DNA of 64,000 nt from Rhynchobatus australiae (Eukaryota), in the NCBI GenBank assembly GCA_034780895.1, contig JAUZTB010000071.1, forward strand, positions 18,342,858-18,406,857, given 5' to 3'. A model generated the notes under the pieces. It had not been told where the DNA came from and did not search any database. It saw only the letters and a list, made by a program, of their open reading frames with translations. The position numbers were made by a program, and so were the translations under genes. Of the stretch, positions 1 to 12,400 are shown piece by piece; within the stretch, counting starts at the first letter, position 1, and each line of letters opens with the position of its first letter.

Positions 1-423
1 CTCTTCCATTACATTGGTTATCCTGCTAAATTTTCTCTGCTAGATAGATTGCTAATAGAAAACTCCTTCAATGTTGCTGGTTTGTGATTTAGAAGCCCAC
101 TATTCTATTCTCTCCACTGATGTGTGAAAATTGCTTTAAACACAAGTATAATGGTGAGTGGAATACATTGACATAGTTCATGAAGCTTGTATGTTCTTAC
201 ATTTTCTTTTCTACTATTGTACATGAAAGGTAACTTGTATTGAAACATCTAATGCATTGTTCATGACTTGTTTCTGTCAGTATAATAATCTTATGTAATG
301 TCTTTACCGACAACAAACTCCACCATGCGAAACCTTTCCCACATGGAATTACAGTTGCATTCAGGTTTAATCCTTATGTTTGACACTAATATTTATGATT
401 TATGTTGCAATATTTCCTTATGA

Positions 424-720
424 CATAGAAAAACACTGGCATATCATCTACGCCAGTTTACAGAGCAATCCTGTTCCACCACTAACTTTTCTTGTAAGCT
501 AGTCTCCTTCATTTCCCAATAGCATTCCCAAGATTCTACCACCTACCTATACACTGGAGCAATTTAGAGTGGTCAGTCTTTGGGATAAGGGAGAAAATCA
601 GAACACCCAAAGGGAATCCACATGGCCACAGAAAGAATGTACAAGCTGCACACAGACAGCACTGGAGGTCAGGATTGAACCCGGATCACTGGCACTGTGA
701 GGCTCTACTAGCTGCACCCT
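424..720 (-). mobile_element. tRNA-derived V-SINE (HE1-like), degenerate
   Basis: Reverse strand reads ggtgcagctagtag...gggttcaatcc (A/B-box-like head), then a V-domain-like core tgtgtgcagcttgtacattct...gtggattccctttgggtgttctgattttctccc...ccaaagac. Confidence 0.8.
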
Positions 721-1407
721 CTACCATCCATTCTGCCCAAAAGTCTTTCTTTAACCTTACAGAAAGATGAGTAGCATGGGTGTTGAAGAATGTGATGTTC
801 ATTGATGCTTTGAGCTATTGTTATTTTAATCAGCAAATAAAGTTAAAATCTTATCATTAGAGTTTTTTGATTACTCTTTATCTTAGGCACAAGATGGATG
901 GTATCCAATATGCTGAAACCCCCAGTGTGTGTGGTGTTATTAACTCTTACAAAAACGACATTTTCACTGTGGCTAAGAGTATCAATCACCCAAAGGATCG
1001 CAATTATATGATGGGTAGATTTTAGCCTCCTAATTAACATATTCATATCAAATTCATGTAATTGCTCCTGGATTACTATTGTATTAATACAAAGTTAAAA
1101 TAATATGTCGCACTACAATCCAGTCTCCACCTCACATGCTTCAGAATGATGGAAAAGAGAATGCCAATGGATTAAAAATTATTGTTGCTTTGACACAATA
1201 ACTGCTTATCTCCTGAATAAATGTTCTGACAATAGTTTTAAAACACAAAAGGGCTCATACTGAAATCAGAGTCGGTTTTATGGTGGATTAACTGTCAAGA
1301 CAATATTGATTCCCAAAAATGATTTAAGGCAACTCATGTCTCTTTTTTTCCAAAGCATCAGTACAATTCAGTATGTAATATAATTCAATCAAACCAATCT
1401 CTTGAGG

Positions 1408-1742
1408 CTGAGAGGTGGCCTGATGGAAGTGTATAAAATTATGAGAGGCATACATAGAATACCAGAGGGCATAGCTTTAAGGTGAGAGGGGGAAAGTTTA
1501 ATGAGATTTACAAGGATCGCTTATTTTTACACAGAGTGGTAGGTGCGTGGACTGTTCTGCCAGGGGTGGTGGTAGAAGCAGATATGATGGCGATGTGTAA
1601 GAGGCATTTAGACAGGCACATAAATAGACTGGGAATGGAGGGATCTGGATCATATGCAGGCAGAAGAAAGTTTAAATTAGCATCACGGTCATCATAGACA
1701 TCATGGACCAAAGGGCCTGTCCTTGTGCTCTATATTCTATGA
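1408..1742 (+). mobile_element. CR1-clade LINE (HER1-like) 3' fragment
   Basis: Decayed ORF2 C-terminus (RGHSFKVRGGKF...RVVGAW..LP..VVEA...KRHLDRH) and 3' tail atggaccaaagggcctgtccttgtgct...ttctatg. Confidence 0.9.
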
Positions 1743-3077
1743 AAAATTGCCGTTTCATCGACGGCATGCACTGTTATAATGACACCCATACAATGAGGCT
1801 AATTTAAAATAATTAAGTTCATTTCAAACAGCACCTTCACCTACAGAAATTTGACCTGTAAATATTAATCAGCCTGTTCAAAGTATTTTAGAGGAAGTGG
1901 TATTACGTTGTACAGATATCTGCCTAAATAAAAAGTGGAAAGTGTACACAAAATTGCTTCGTTGCTGCCATTTTGTCAAGTCCTAGTTGCATCTTCTAAT
2001 GGTTTAACCACATGACTTCATTCAGTCTCCAACAACACCACATTTTAAATGCTACATTAATCACTTCACAGACTATGCTTCATTGTGAAGTTGAATGGTA
2101 CAATTAATTCTTTGTTTACTGCTACTGATTATTACCATTCCTGAGTTCAATTTTACATCATGAGTCTAAATTATAATTAGCTTATTAACCAATGACATAA
2201 ATGAATGAAAAATATATATTGTTACGATTGGATAGAAGATTTGGCTTGTAAATTGTATGATGAATATATAATTGTGTGCTATAAGTGTTTCAAATGGTAA
2301 TTAATTACTTCATAACATTAGTTAAGATCTCACCAAGTCATCATAGTAGACTATAAGTTTGGAAGAAAAATAACAAACAATGCTATTTTAAAGCAAGAAC
2401 TTTTTAGCACTGAATAAATGAATGCCTTTAAATTTATGTGATTCAAATTCAAATACTAGTTCAGATATGAGCTGGCTATTATTTCCCTAATGGCTAAGAC
2501 TAAATAAATAATTGATACATCTGCAACCATTAATCTTTCAGTCTGGATATCTTTATAACCTATTTGACTCTGTGCTTTAAATTTTGAGGTCCCTGTGCTG
2601 ACAAAAAATTGAAATTTTCCTCATAAACCCAAGTCCAGTCAGATCATAGATTTTCCCACTGGGGACTAGAATTTACACAGAGCCCAGTTTGGTTACAACA
2701 GTCTGTTTTGTTAACTGCAGCCATTTTTCATTGGAGGGGCTGTGGGCAGATCTACTTGTCCTTCCAGCAATGGCAAGGATGCATGTTAAGAAGGTTCCTG
2801 CTCTCCCCAGAAATTTTACCATCAATGCGTTCAGTAGCTTCCAGCAGAACCGATTCCATCTGAAAACTGGGATGAGCATGTGTGAGGCCTTTTGAAATGT
2901 TTATAACCTAACCTGGGCTGAAGCATTTCATTACACAGATAAAATCAATTGTACAAAGTCTTCAGGTAAAATGGCTCCTTTTAGTGAAAAGTTGATTTGT
3001 ATCTTTGCCCTGGATGTGCCTGGAAGCACCTCAGGCTAATTGGCTGTGGGCCTTTTGCCTTACAAGGTGGGATCATC

Positions 3078-3340
3078 AGAGAGTCGTAGATGTATATGTT
3101 ACAAAAACAGACCCTTCGGCCTGTGGAACCCATGCCAACCATTAAGCACCCATATACACCTGTTATCCCATTTTATTCTCCCCATTTCCATCAACTCCCT
3201 CCAGGTTCTACCACTCAGTGATGTACTAAGGGCAAATTGCAGAGGCTATTTAACTGACCAATATGTACCGCACCCAGAGGAAACCCATACGGTTATTTGG
3301 GAGAACATGCAAACTCCACACAGATGGTAGTGGGGGTTAG
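3078..3340 (-). mobile_element. V-SINE with CR1/HER1-type 3' tail
   Basis: + strand gcacccagaggaaacccatac...ggagaacatgcaaactccacacag is the reverse complement of the V-domain; tail acaaaaacagacccttcggcc resembles the CR1 tail. Confidence 0.8.
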
Positions 3341-5164
3341 AATGGGTGTTCTTGCATTCCAAGCAGTACAGGACACATTTTGAGGCTACATGCAAGAGCA
3401 GTAGAAAGAAGGGTGGATGGAATTGCTTATCTGACAGCTCTGTAGCTTTCAGTCTGGAGAAGTATTGATTTCAACACAGTGGTACATGTGTGGCAGTGAT
3501 TTCAGGGCATTGTATCTCAAGGTTAAGATGACACTGATATTCCAGTATCATAATTGAGGACATTGTCTGAACCTTTTAATGTGATTACTGTTTTTTTGTT
3601 GCTAAAAGCATTCTTTTTTTTTGTCCTGTCAGAAATCACAGTAAAATTTTAATGGCTTCTGCCTTTGATAACCAACTGTTACGTTCCTGATCTGACTCCA
3701 AGTTCACATCTTAACACAATCCTTAAAAGTGAAACTGCACAAAACATCTTGTTTCCAAAATAAGGGAATTAAGGAACAAGTTGATGGTGAATGCAGATTC
3801 CAAGGGAAAAACTTGGTTCAAAATGAGTGTGGGAGATGACAGACCATGGGGAAAATTGTGCCTTTCGTTGCTAGTGTTGAACACACGTCAGAGAACTGGC
3901 CACAGATTGCACAATATTTAACTTTATTTCTGCATGGCCTACAGAATTCATGTAGTCTGCAATGAAACATGAAATTCAAAGTTCTATTATGTTTTATGTG
4001 CAATAAGAAGTGACTATCATATTCAATAACTTTAAATCTGTCAAATAATACTTCTGCGATGCGATTAAACTTCTGAATGATGGAGTGGAAAGTTAGCAGA
4101 GCACAGGCTGAAAATGATCCAATGCCGTTTGCCTCAGGAATGCGCTCCTTCAGTGAAGCAGAGCACTTAACTCTTTATATGATGTAGCAAATATATGCTG
4201 AAGAAATAAGTGCTGAATGCCGACAGGGCATAAGATTAGCATGTTACTAACATGATGGTAGAACTTACATTTATCAGCATTCAAACTATCAGCACTTCAT
4301 CATGCACTCTTCAGTACTTGAGTTCAATTATGCAATTGGAACTAATCATCAATGATCACAGATTGTGATACTTCCAAAATATTTTCTCAAACTAGCTTCA
4401 AAAGTCCATGTATACTATTGTAAGTTCCAAATATTTAAAGACTTTCTCACTTTTTGTATTTCTTTTGCTTTTATTTCTATGTCAATATTCTCATTTTCGT
4501 CAATCAACCAGATTTCATGATATGGGTGTGAACAGCTGATTATTTTGTTGCAAGCAGAATAAATAGAAGTATATGATAATTCTCAGTCCTCTGTCAGTCT
4601 GGCTATTTCCCATCTCTGTCTTCACGTTCAGGAAACACTCCACTGAGTTGGAAGGCCGACATATCATGTAGAATAATCATTTCAGAAATCTTATAATATG
4701 TAACCAATGATGTANNNNNNNNNNNNNNNNNNNNNNNNNNNNNNNNNNNNNNNNNNNNNNNNNNNNNNNNNNNNNNNNNNNNNNNNNNNNNNNNNNNNNN
4801 NNNNNNNNNNNNNNTATTATAATATGTAACCAATGATGTAAGACAAATACTACTTGAGCACCGAGATCTATAAATAATGTTATAAGTTTTCATACTGTAC
4901 AGCTCTCATCAAGTCATTTTATAAGCAAAATAGTTTCTCATAGATCATTGAGATTTTCTTGCAACTGATATTACTTAGGCAAGAGTAGAATGCAGCCAGG
5001 ACAGAGTCTTTTGTCTACTCATTGGAGGAGAGTGGTTGGAGGAGGATGATATGGTTAATTCCACCAAAGAATCCAAAGAGGCTGAGAAGGATGAGAAAGG
5101 ATTGTGGACCATGGTTGCATCCACAAAGAATGACAATTTATGACATTGATTAGAAAGAGAAAAT

Positions 5165-5352
5165 ATTGTAAACACTTAGCAGGTCAGTCAGCATCTGTGG
5201 AAAGAGAAATGGTTAATGTTTCAGGTCCAAGACAATACGCTGGTTCTGATGAAAGATCTTGGATCTGAAATGTTAGCTATTTTCATTCTACGGATGCTCC
5301 TGATCTGTTCAGTGTTTTTATTTCAGATTTCCAGAACCTGCAAATTTTTGTT
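5165..5352. mobile_element. Penelope-derived inverted terminal-repeat unit with hammerhead ribozyme-like core (5241-5279, +)
   Basis: Arms 5171-5232 and 5257-5316 are inverted copies. The right arm contains tggtt-CTGATGA-A-AGATC-ttg-GATCT-GAAA-TGTT-agcta. Confidence 0.75.
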
Positions 5353-6040
5353 TGATTTTCATGACTTTACTTGATTGATTAGGCCTATTTCTGCACTCAA
5401 AAAGAATGTTCCGACCAGTTCAAATATAGATTAGCCAAAAAACAGGGCATGCATTTGAGAGACAACTACATGTGCATGGATTTTGGAAAGAAAGTTCGGA
5501 GATGTGATAACTCCTTCCAAGGACGAAAGAACAAGGATTTTTTTTTGAAGAGTCTTGACAGTTGGTTTGAAAAACTATAAGATGGAAATGCTAGCAATAT
5601 CAGCATCTGTGGGAGCACTTAAGAAAAATTGGGAGGTCAGTTGATTAAGTGGAATATGGTTGAGAAAGCAGGATATGGGTCTCATGGGCAAGACTGAGCT
5701 CAGAGGCAGGATGAGGAGACAGAGAAGAGAAACTAGAAAAACTTCCCAAAAATAGAAGCAGAGATTTATGGCACGGAGAAAATTCATTTGACCTATTGTA
5801 ACCATGCTGGCTTGAGTGGCAAAAACAATATTGGGAGAGAGTCATACAGATGTTTGCAAACTAGGAGATAAAGGCAACCACGAGCTTTTTGTATTTGCTT
5901 TTGGTTATGGCAGGACAATACGATTTAAGCAGATGGTTGGTTGTAATAAAGAAAAGTATCCTTGCATCCAGGACAATCCCAAGGATTATAACCTATTAGT
6001 GTTTGACATGATTGAGTCAAATTTATTAATAAATAGCTAA

Positions 6041-6345
6041 ACCACCAGGCTCAAGGACAGCTTCTATCCCACTGTTATAAGACTCTTGAGAGGACCTTTT
6101 GTATGATAATGATGAACTTTTGATCTCTCAGTTTATTTCGTCATGGCCCTTGCACTTTATTTTTCTACCAGCACTGCACTTTCTCTGTAACTGTAACACT
6201 ATATTCTGCATTCTGTTGTTGCTTTTCCCTTTGTACTACATTGATGTACTTACATTTGGAATGTTCTGTCTGGGTGGAATGCAAAACAAAGCTTTTCACT
6301 GTATCTCAGTACATGTGACAATAATAAACAAATTACCAATTAAAC
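6041..6345 (+). mobile_element. Rex1/Babar LINE 3' end
   Basis: Encodes TTRLKDSFYPTVIRLL (Rex1 ORF C-terminus); 3' UTR ends ttttcactgtatctcagtacatgtgacaataataaac plus a short repeat tail. Confidence 0.85.
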
Positions 6346-7961
6346 CAGCTAGGTACCATTTATTTTCAAATCTCCCTCCTTTTGAACTTAAGTAAATNNN
6401 NNNNNNNNNNNNNNNNNNNNNNNNNNNNNNNNNNNNNNNNNNNNNNNNNNNNNNNNNNNNNNNNNNNNNNNNNNNNNNNNNNNNNNNNNNNNNNNNNTGG
6501 AGTTTGGGAATTTGCCACACACATACACACAACAAGTTTAGTTAGTTTTTGGGGGTTAATGTTCGGGGTTTAACATTTTTACTTCTAACATTTTAACATT
6601 TTTATTTGATTTTTCTTATTATAATAAGTAGTTATTAATAAAGTAGTTTTTAACACTTATACATGTCTCGGTGTGTTTCCTTTGTTGCTGGTTCATAACA
6701 GTACTCAATTATCAATCTTGAAGAAAATGGAAAGAGCATATTCCAAAAGGTGGGGAAATATCCTGCCGCTAAGTAAGTGCTAAGAGCCAACCCAGGCCTT
6801 GGAGTTTCAATGGCTCCATCAGCCACTTTGACATTGGTCTCCAATCTCATTCTGTTCCCAACCACAACACAGCCTTGCTAACGTCAAATAAATTCACAAA
6901 CATTTCTTTTTTTGAATAACATTTCTTTATATAGTCTTAAAATATTGTATAAATAAGCCTCACAGCTTTTCTTTGGAGGTGTGTCTGTAAATCATGTTGA
7001 AAATATCAACTATTGTGCTCTGTAACCTCCCAAGACTGTAATCAAATAGCAGCTTTAAAAGTAATCAGTATATTCTCAGCAGTGATGACAGACTGGGAGC
7101 AACTACTAAACAATAAGGAGTTTTGCTTCTTTACAGTATTCCTGCCAGCACATTGAGGAGTGTCACCCAAATTAACTTCCTGGNNNNNNNNNNNNNNNNN
7201 NNNNNNNNNNNNNNNNNNNNNNNNNNNNNNNNNNNNNNNNNNNNNNNNNNNNNNNNNNNNNNNNNNNNNNNNNNNNNNNNNNNNNNNNNNNNNNNNNNNN
7301 NNNNNNNNNNNNNNNNNNNNNNNNNNNNNNNNNNNNNNNNNNNNNNNNNNNNNNNNNNNNNNNNNNNNNNNNNNNNNNNNNNNNNNNNNNNNNNNNNNNN
7401 NNNNNNNNNNNNNNNNNNNNNNNNNNNNNNNNNNNNNNNNNNNNNNNNNNNNNNNNNNNNNNNNNNNNNNNNNNNNNNNNNNNNNNNNNNNNNNNNNNNN
7501 NNNNNNNNNNNNNNNNNNNNNNNNNNNNNNNNNNNNNNNNNNNNNNNNNNNNNNNNNNNNNNNNNNNNNNNNNNNNNNNNNNNNNNNNNNNNNNNNNNNN
7601 NNNNNNNNNNNNNNNNNNNNNNNNNNNNNNNNNNNNNNNNNNNNNNNNNNNNNNNNNNNNNNNNNNNNNNNNNNNNNNNNNNNNNNNNNNNNNNNNNNNN
7701 NNNNNNNNNNNNNNNNTCATTTGTTTAGAAGTACACATGATTTTTTAAACAATACCCCATCATAAGGTCAGAAATCATTAGTCACTGACTTGTTAACGAA
7801 AACCACAGAGAATATAACCCATTCAAGCGATTGCTTTGTTCATGGTATTATTTTCTTTTCACGTAGTTGAATGATGAATTTTATTCCAGAACATTCAGAT
7901 CTACTGTACCTTACTGTAACATAAATCCATATAAAATTGGGTATAAGTATAAGTGAAGATG

Positions 7962-8442
7962 CAGAAAAGATTCACAAGGATGTTGCCAGGAATGGAGGGC
8001 TTGAGTTATAAAGAGAGACTGGATAGACTGGGACTGTTTTCCCTGGAGTGAAGATTGCTGAGTGGTGACATTATAGAGGTTTATATAATCATGTTGGACA
8101 TAGATAAGGTGGATGGTCACAGTCTTTTTCCCATGGTAGGAGAATCTAGGACTAGATGTTCAATGTTTAAGGTGAGAGGGGAAAGATTTAACATGGACCT
8201 AGCGACAAGTTTTTCACACGGGGTGATGAGTATATGTAATGAGCTGCCAGAGGAAGTGGTAGAGGTGGGTGCAATTATTATGTTTAAAAGACATTCAGAC
8301 AGGCACATATGTGGGAAAGGTTTAGAAGTATATGGGCCAAATGCAGGCAAGTGAAACTAGCTCAAGAGGACACCTTGGTTGTCATGGGCGAGTTGGTCTG
8401 AAGGGCCTGTTTCCTTGCTGTCCAACTATGAATCTATGACTC
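7962..8442 (+). mobile_element. CR1 (HER1-like) 3' fragment
   Basis: ORF 8055-8354 GDIIEVYIIM..IDKVD..SLFP..GESRTR...FKVRGERF is CR1 ORF2 C-terminus; typical tail gaagggcctgtttcc...ctatga. Confidence 0.9.
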
Positions 8443-9200
8443 AATTTGACATCTATCTGTGTTGATGCAGGTCTGGAAGACTCACAAGTACTTGAGACGG
8501 AATGTTAGTCAAAATTCAAGGAATAGTTTGCCATGCCAATAGCAAGTGATCGGTTCAAATTAGTGTGTAGCTAAACTGCCGTCTTCTGTTTATGTGCAAC
8601 CAACTTTGATGACAAATGTGTCCAAATTCTACATTCCTCTCTGTGATAATCAAATGCCCTTTTCAAGGTCAAATACACACATTCTCCATAACAATTTTAC
8701 TCAAAATAACAAATATAATTATGGANNNNNNNNNNNNNNNNNNNNNNNNNNNNNNTCTAAGCCCGCATGCTCAACCTATTACTAGGGAGTAGACATATGA
8801 AAGATTTTGTGCTATTTCACATGTATTGTTCTTAGGTATAAGCCCCAACCTTTCTGCCACACGTTTTTCCCCTTTCCAACCTCCTCTCCTGAAGGCACAG
8901 GTTCATTCTGCAGGTTATGTCCTCACGATGTGTCCCTTCTAAATCTGTGAGTCTTATTTAATCCTGACAACTGCAGGGTTGATTGCAGTATCCTTCTTGG
9001 CTGAAAAATAGATGTGATTGCAAAATGATCACCAACAAGAATTTTGATTTATCCTTCTTTATCCCAGAGGTAGTAAGGCTGCTTGTCATTCCTACTTTAT
9101 CCTGACTGTGACTGATGAACTCAATACAGGCTGTTGATTGAAGCTGGACTTCTCTCTCATATTTTTATATCTCCCTTTTTCTTGTGACATGGGAGGAGGA

Positions 9201-9797
9201 CATTGATAAAATTGGTAAATTGGTTTATTATTGTCACGTGTACAGTGAAAAGCTTTGGTTTGTATGTCATCCACACAGATCATTTCATTACAACAGTGTA
9301 TTGAGGTAGTACAAGGGAAAACAATAACAGAATACAGAATAAAGTGTTACAATTACAAAGAAAGTGCAGTGCAGGTNNNNNNNNNNNNNNNNNNNNNNNN
9401 NNNNNNNNNNNNNNNNNNNNNNNNNNNNNNNNNNNNNNNNNNNNNNNNATAGACTTATAACAGCAGGATAGAAGCCGTCCTTGAGCCTGGTGGTACGCGC
9501 TTTCAGACTTTTGTATCTTCTGCCCTATTGGAATGGGGAGAATAGAGAACGTCTGGGGTAGGTGGGGTCTTTGATTATGCTGGCTCTTTACTGAGAGAAT
9601 GGGAAAAGTAGACAGACTCCATGGTGGGAGGCTGTTTTCTGGGAAGTGCTGAGCTGTGTCCACAACTTTCTTCAGTTTCTTGCGGCCTCGGGCAGAGCAG
9701 TTTCCATACCAAACCATGGTGCACCTGAATAGGATTTTTCTATGACATCTATAAAAATAGGTGCGGGTCAAAGGGGACATGCCAAATTACTTTAGCC
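9201..9797 (-). mobile_element. Rex1/Babar LINE 3' fragment (contains gap)
   Basis: Minus ORF MSPLTRTYFYRC...WYGNCSARGRKKLKKVVDTAQH is typical of the Rex1 C-terminal region; same 3' UTR as 6041-6345. Confidence 0.9.
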
Positions 9798-9824
9798 CAT
9801 TGGATCTCAGAACAATCCACCAAT

Positions 9825-10168
9825 CCTATTTCCCCATCTATTTCCCTGTAACATTTTCTCTTTCACCCTGATTCTCTTATCACCCATCCACATGAATAAC
9901 CATTTAACCTACCAATCAGCATGACTTCATGGTATAGGAGGAAATCAAAGTACCTAGGGGAAGCCCACACAGTCATAGGGACAATGTGCAAACTCTTCAC
10001 TGAAGGTCGGGATTGAACTCAGATTGCTGGGGTCGTGAGGAAGCAGTACGTAATATGGGTAAGTGGGATTATTGTAAGTGGGTACAATGGGTAGTATGGA
10101 GGTGATGGGCTGAAGAGCCTATTTCTGTGCTGTACATCTCTGTGACTATCTGTTGCACCACTGTGACA
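9825..10168 (-). mobile_element. V-SINE interrupted by a short + strand CR1-type tail (~10057-10148)
   Basis: ggaggaaatcaaagtacctaggggaagcccacacagtcatagggacaatgtgcaaactc and gggattgaactc (B-box, reverse strand); inserted gatgggctgaagagcctatttctgtgctgt tail. Confidence 0.7.
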
Positions 10169-10942
10169 CCCACTTGTTGGTACTGTTCAGTATTACAATG
10201 CATTTACCCACTGAATCACTGGAGAGCTCTCAGATCTGAACCTTGTTGGCTTGCATTGAATTAAAAATGCTTTTACAATTGTCTGTAAATTCCTAATCAC
10301 AAAGTATGAACTATTTTAAAACATATTTGAACAATATTTTAATGGAACTAATATTTGAGGTCAGATACGATGGTTGAACCAAGGATATTATTCTCATTCA
10401 CATCTCACAAATAAGATATGGGCATAAATCTATTCAGTAAAGTAGGACAGGTAATATTTTTACATAATTAGGAGCATAAATAATGAATAATAAATGGAAA
10501 TTTGGCTGCAATATCCTTTTGCTAACAATCAGGACAAGTTTGGCACTGTTAATATGGATGAAGTAATTAATCAGCAAATAATCATTTCTTCCCAGTAAGA
10601 GTCAACAGGTCAAAATATATTAAAGTATCACTTCAATTTCCTGTGATCACATTTGACAACATGGAAATTGAACTAGTGGGTATGTAATCATGTTATACCC
10701 TCAAACCACTTCTGACTCACAGGGGGTAATGAAAAGCAGAGAACGTAGTGGGAAGATTTAAAGATATTTACCAGAGATTTAAATATATTGTCACTAATCA
10801 ACATGCTCTTTGATTGGATCAATTAAATCTCTATTCAATTCATCCAAACACCTTAGTAATGTGTGCACTACTAAAAATGTGAAGAACTTTGGGCACATGA
10901 CATTTGCCAAGAGCTGCAGACACTGTAAAGGACCTACTTATG

Positions 10943-11305
10943 GAATCATAGAATTATTGTGCCATAGGAGGTTGCCCAGTTGGCCCATCAAGTGTACACT
11001 TGCTCCTAGTTGAGTGACCTTATCAGCTCCATTTCCTCATTCTTTCCCCATAGTCTGTAAATTATTCCATCTCAAGCCCTTTTCAAATTCCCTTATAAAG
11101 ATTGATTGATTTTGTTTCTGTCATCCTTACAAGCAATGAGTTGCAGATCACAATGACTTAGCTCTGTCACGTATCCTTTGCCTAAAATGTTAAATCTGTG
11201 ATCCCTGTTCTTTGGGTTCTCCGCTAATGGGGACAGCTTACTTCTATCCCTCTAAATGTTATGCTCTTGTACACTTCCTTGAAATATCTCCACTTTGTTC
11301 CAAGG
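10943..11305 (-). mobile_element. Old CR1 3' fragment
   Basis: Begins gaatcatagaat (reverse complement of CR1 tail repeat), followed by degenerate reverse CR1 ORF2 end. Confidence 0.6.
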
Positions 11306-11950
11306 ATTATGATATGTAAAATCATTTGATTGGCTTGCTGCATTTGCCGGGGACCTAATGTATTCAGTTACAAAACACCAAAGAGATTAGTTCATGATGG
11401 GGCAAGTGAACTGCTAGTATACCTGGGCAGGGAAAGCATAACAAATCAGCCAGAGATCTTGCTCTTGATTCCTTTCTCATGACTTGCTGAGAGTACATAC
11501 GTAAATCATACACTGACTTGGATGGAAAACTCCCATGACTGAACAGCATACCAAAATTTACTGTCAAAAGTTACACATTAAAAATTACATTAGAAAGTAG
11601 CTGGTAGAAGAGGCAGAGGCAAGAGAAATCAGTTTTCAAAGGAGTGTATGGGTTTTCTTCTGAATGCTCAGTGTAAAAATAACATGAGGTAATGTTTGTT
11701 GGACATATTTCTTCCTGAAGCAAGATAAAAGGTACGTCTTTTTTCACTGATGCATGGCAGCAAATGCCAGCAGCAATGTGAACCTCTTCTCCATTATTGA
11801 TTAGATTTCTTATAACTCTGTCAAACTAAAAACCCAATTATTCGTCTTCAGGTTGTGCATTTCAGATGATGTTATTTAAGAATATTCTGAAATATATGTA
11901 TTCTGGGACAAAAACAATTTGTATTTCTACCTCCTTTACCTAGTAATACT

Positions 11951-12400
11951 TCTCAAAAAGTTGTGGATACAGCTCAGCACATCACAGACACCAGCCTCCC
12001 GTCCATGGACACTCTTTCTGCTTATTAGGTGGCTCAGTAAAGCAGCCAACATAATCAAAGACCACACACACAACAGGCATTCTCTCTTCTCCCCTCTCCC
12101 ATTGGGCAGAAGATACAAAAGCCTGAAAGCATGTACCACCAGGCTCAAGGACAACTTCTGTCCCACTGCTATAAGACTAGTGAATGNNNNNNNNNNNNNN
12201 NNNNNNNNNNNNNNNNNNNNNNNNNNNNNNNNNTAATGACCTTGCACTTTATTGTTTACCTGCACTACACTTTTGCTGTAGCTGTGACACTTTATTCTGC
12301 ATTCTGTATTGTTTTACCTTGTACTATCTCAATGAGTGGTATGCAAGATAAGTTTTTCACTCTACCTCAGTACAAGTGACAGTAATAAACCAATTCCAGT
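11951..12400 (+). mobile_element. Rex1/Babar LINE 3' fragment
   Basis: KAANIIKDHTH.RHSLFSPLPLGRRYKSLKACTTRLKDNFCPTAIRLVN and the shared 3' UTR. Confidence 0.9.

Noticed and set aside
93-153. Possible + exon (KPTILFSPLMCENCFKHKYN) ending at gtgagt
   Set aside because: Weak acceptor, no recognisable protein, within chance expectation.
650-720. tRNA-like A/B boxes (also ~10010, 24577, 32200-32258)
   Set aside because: SINE heads attached to V-domain or other SINE bodies; no intact cloverleaf.
4691-4840. Identical 24 bp sequence (ttataatatgtaaccaatgatgta) on both sides of a 100-N gap
   Set aside because: Typical unmerged contig overlap with a placeholder gap; not a biological repeat or TSD.
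7123-7765. Long ORFs spanning N runs (also 16982-17973, 28295-29167, 38042-39409 and others)
   Set aside because: Their length comes from unknown bases. Only the 38125-38420 part has meaning (Penelope).
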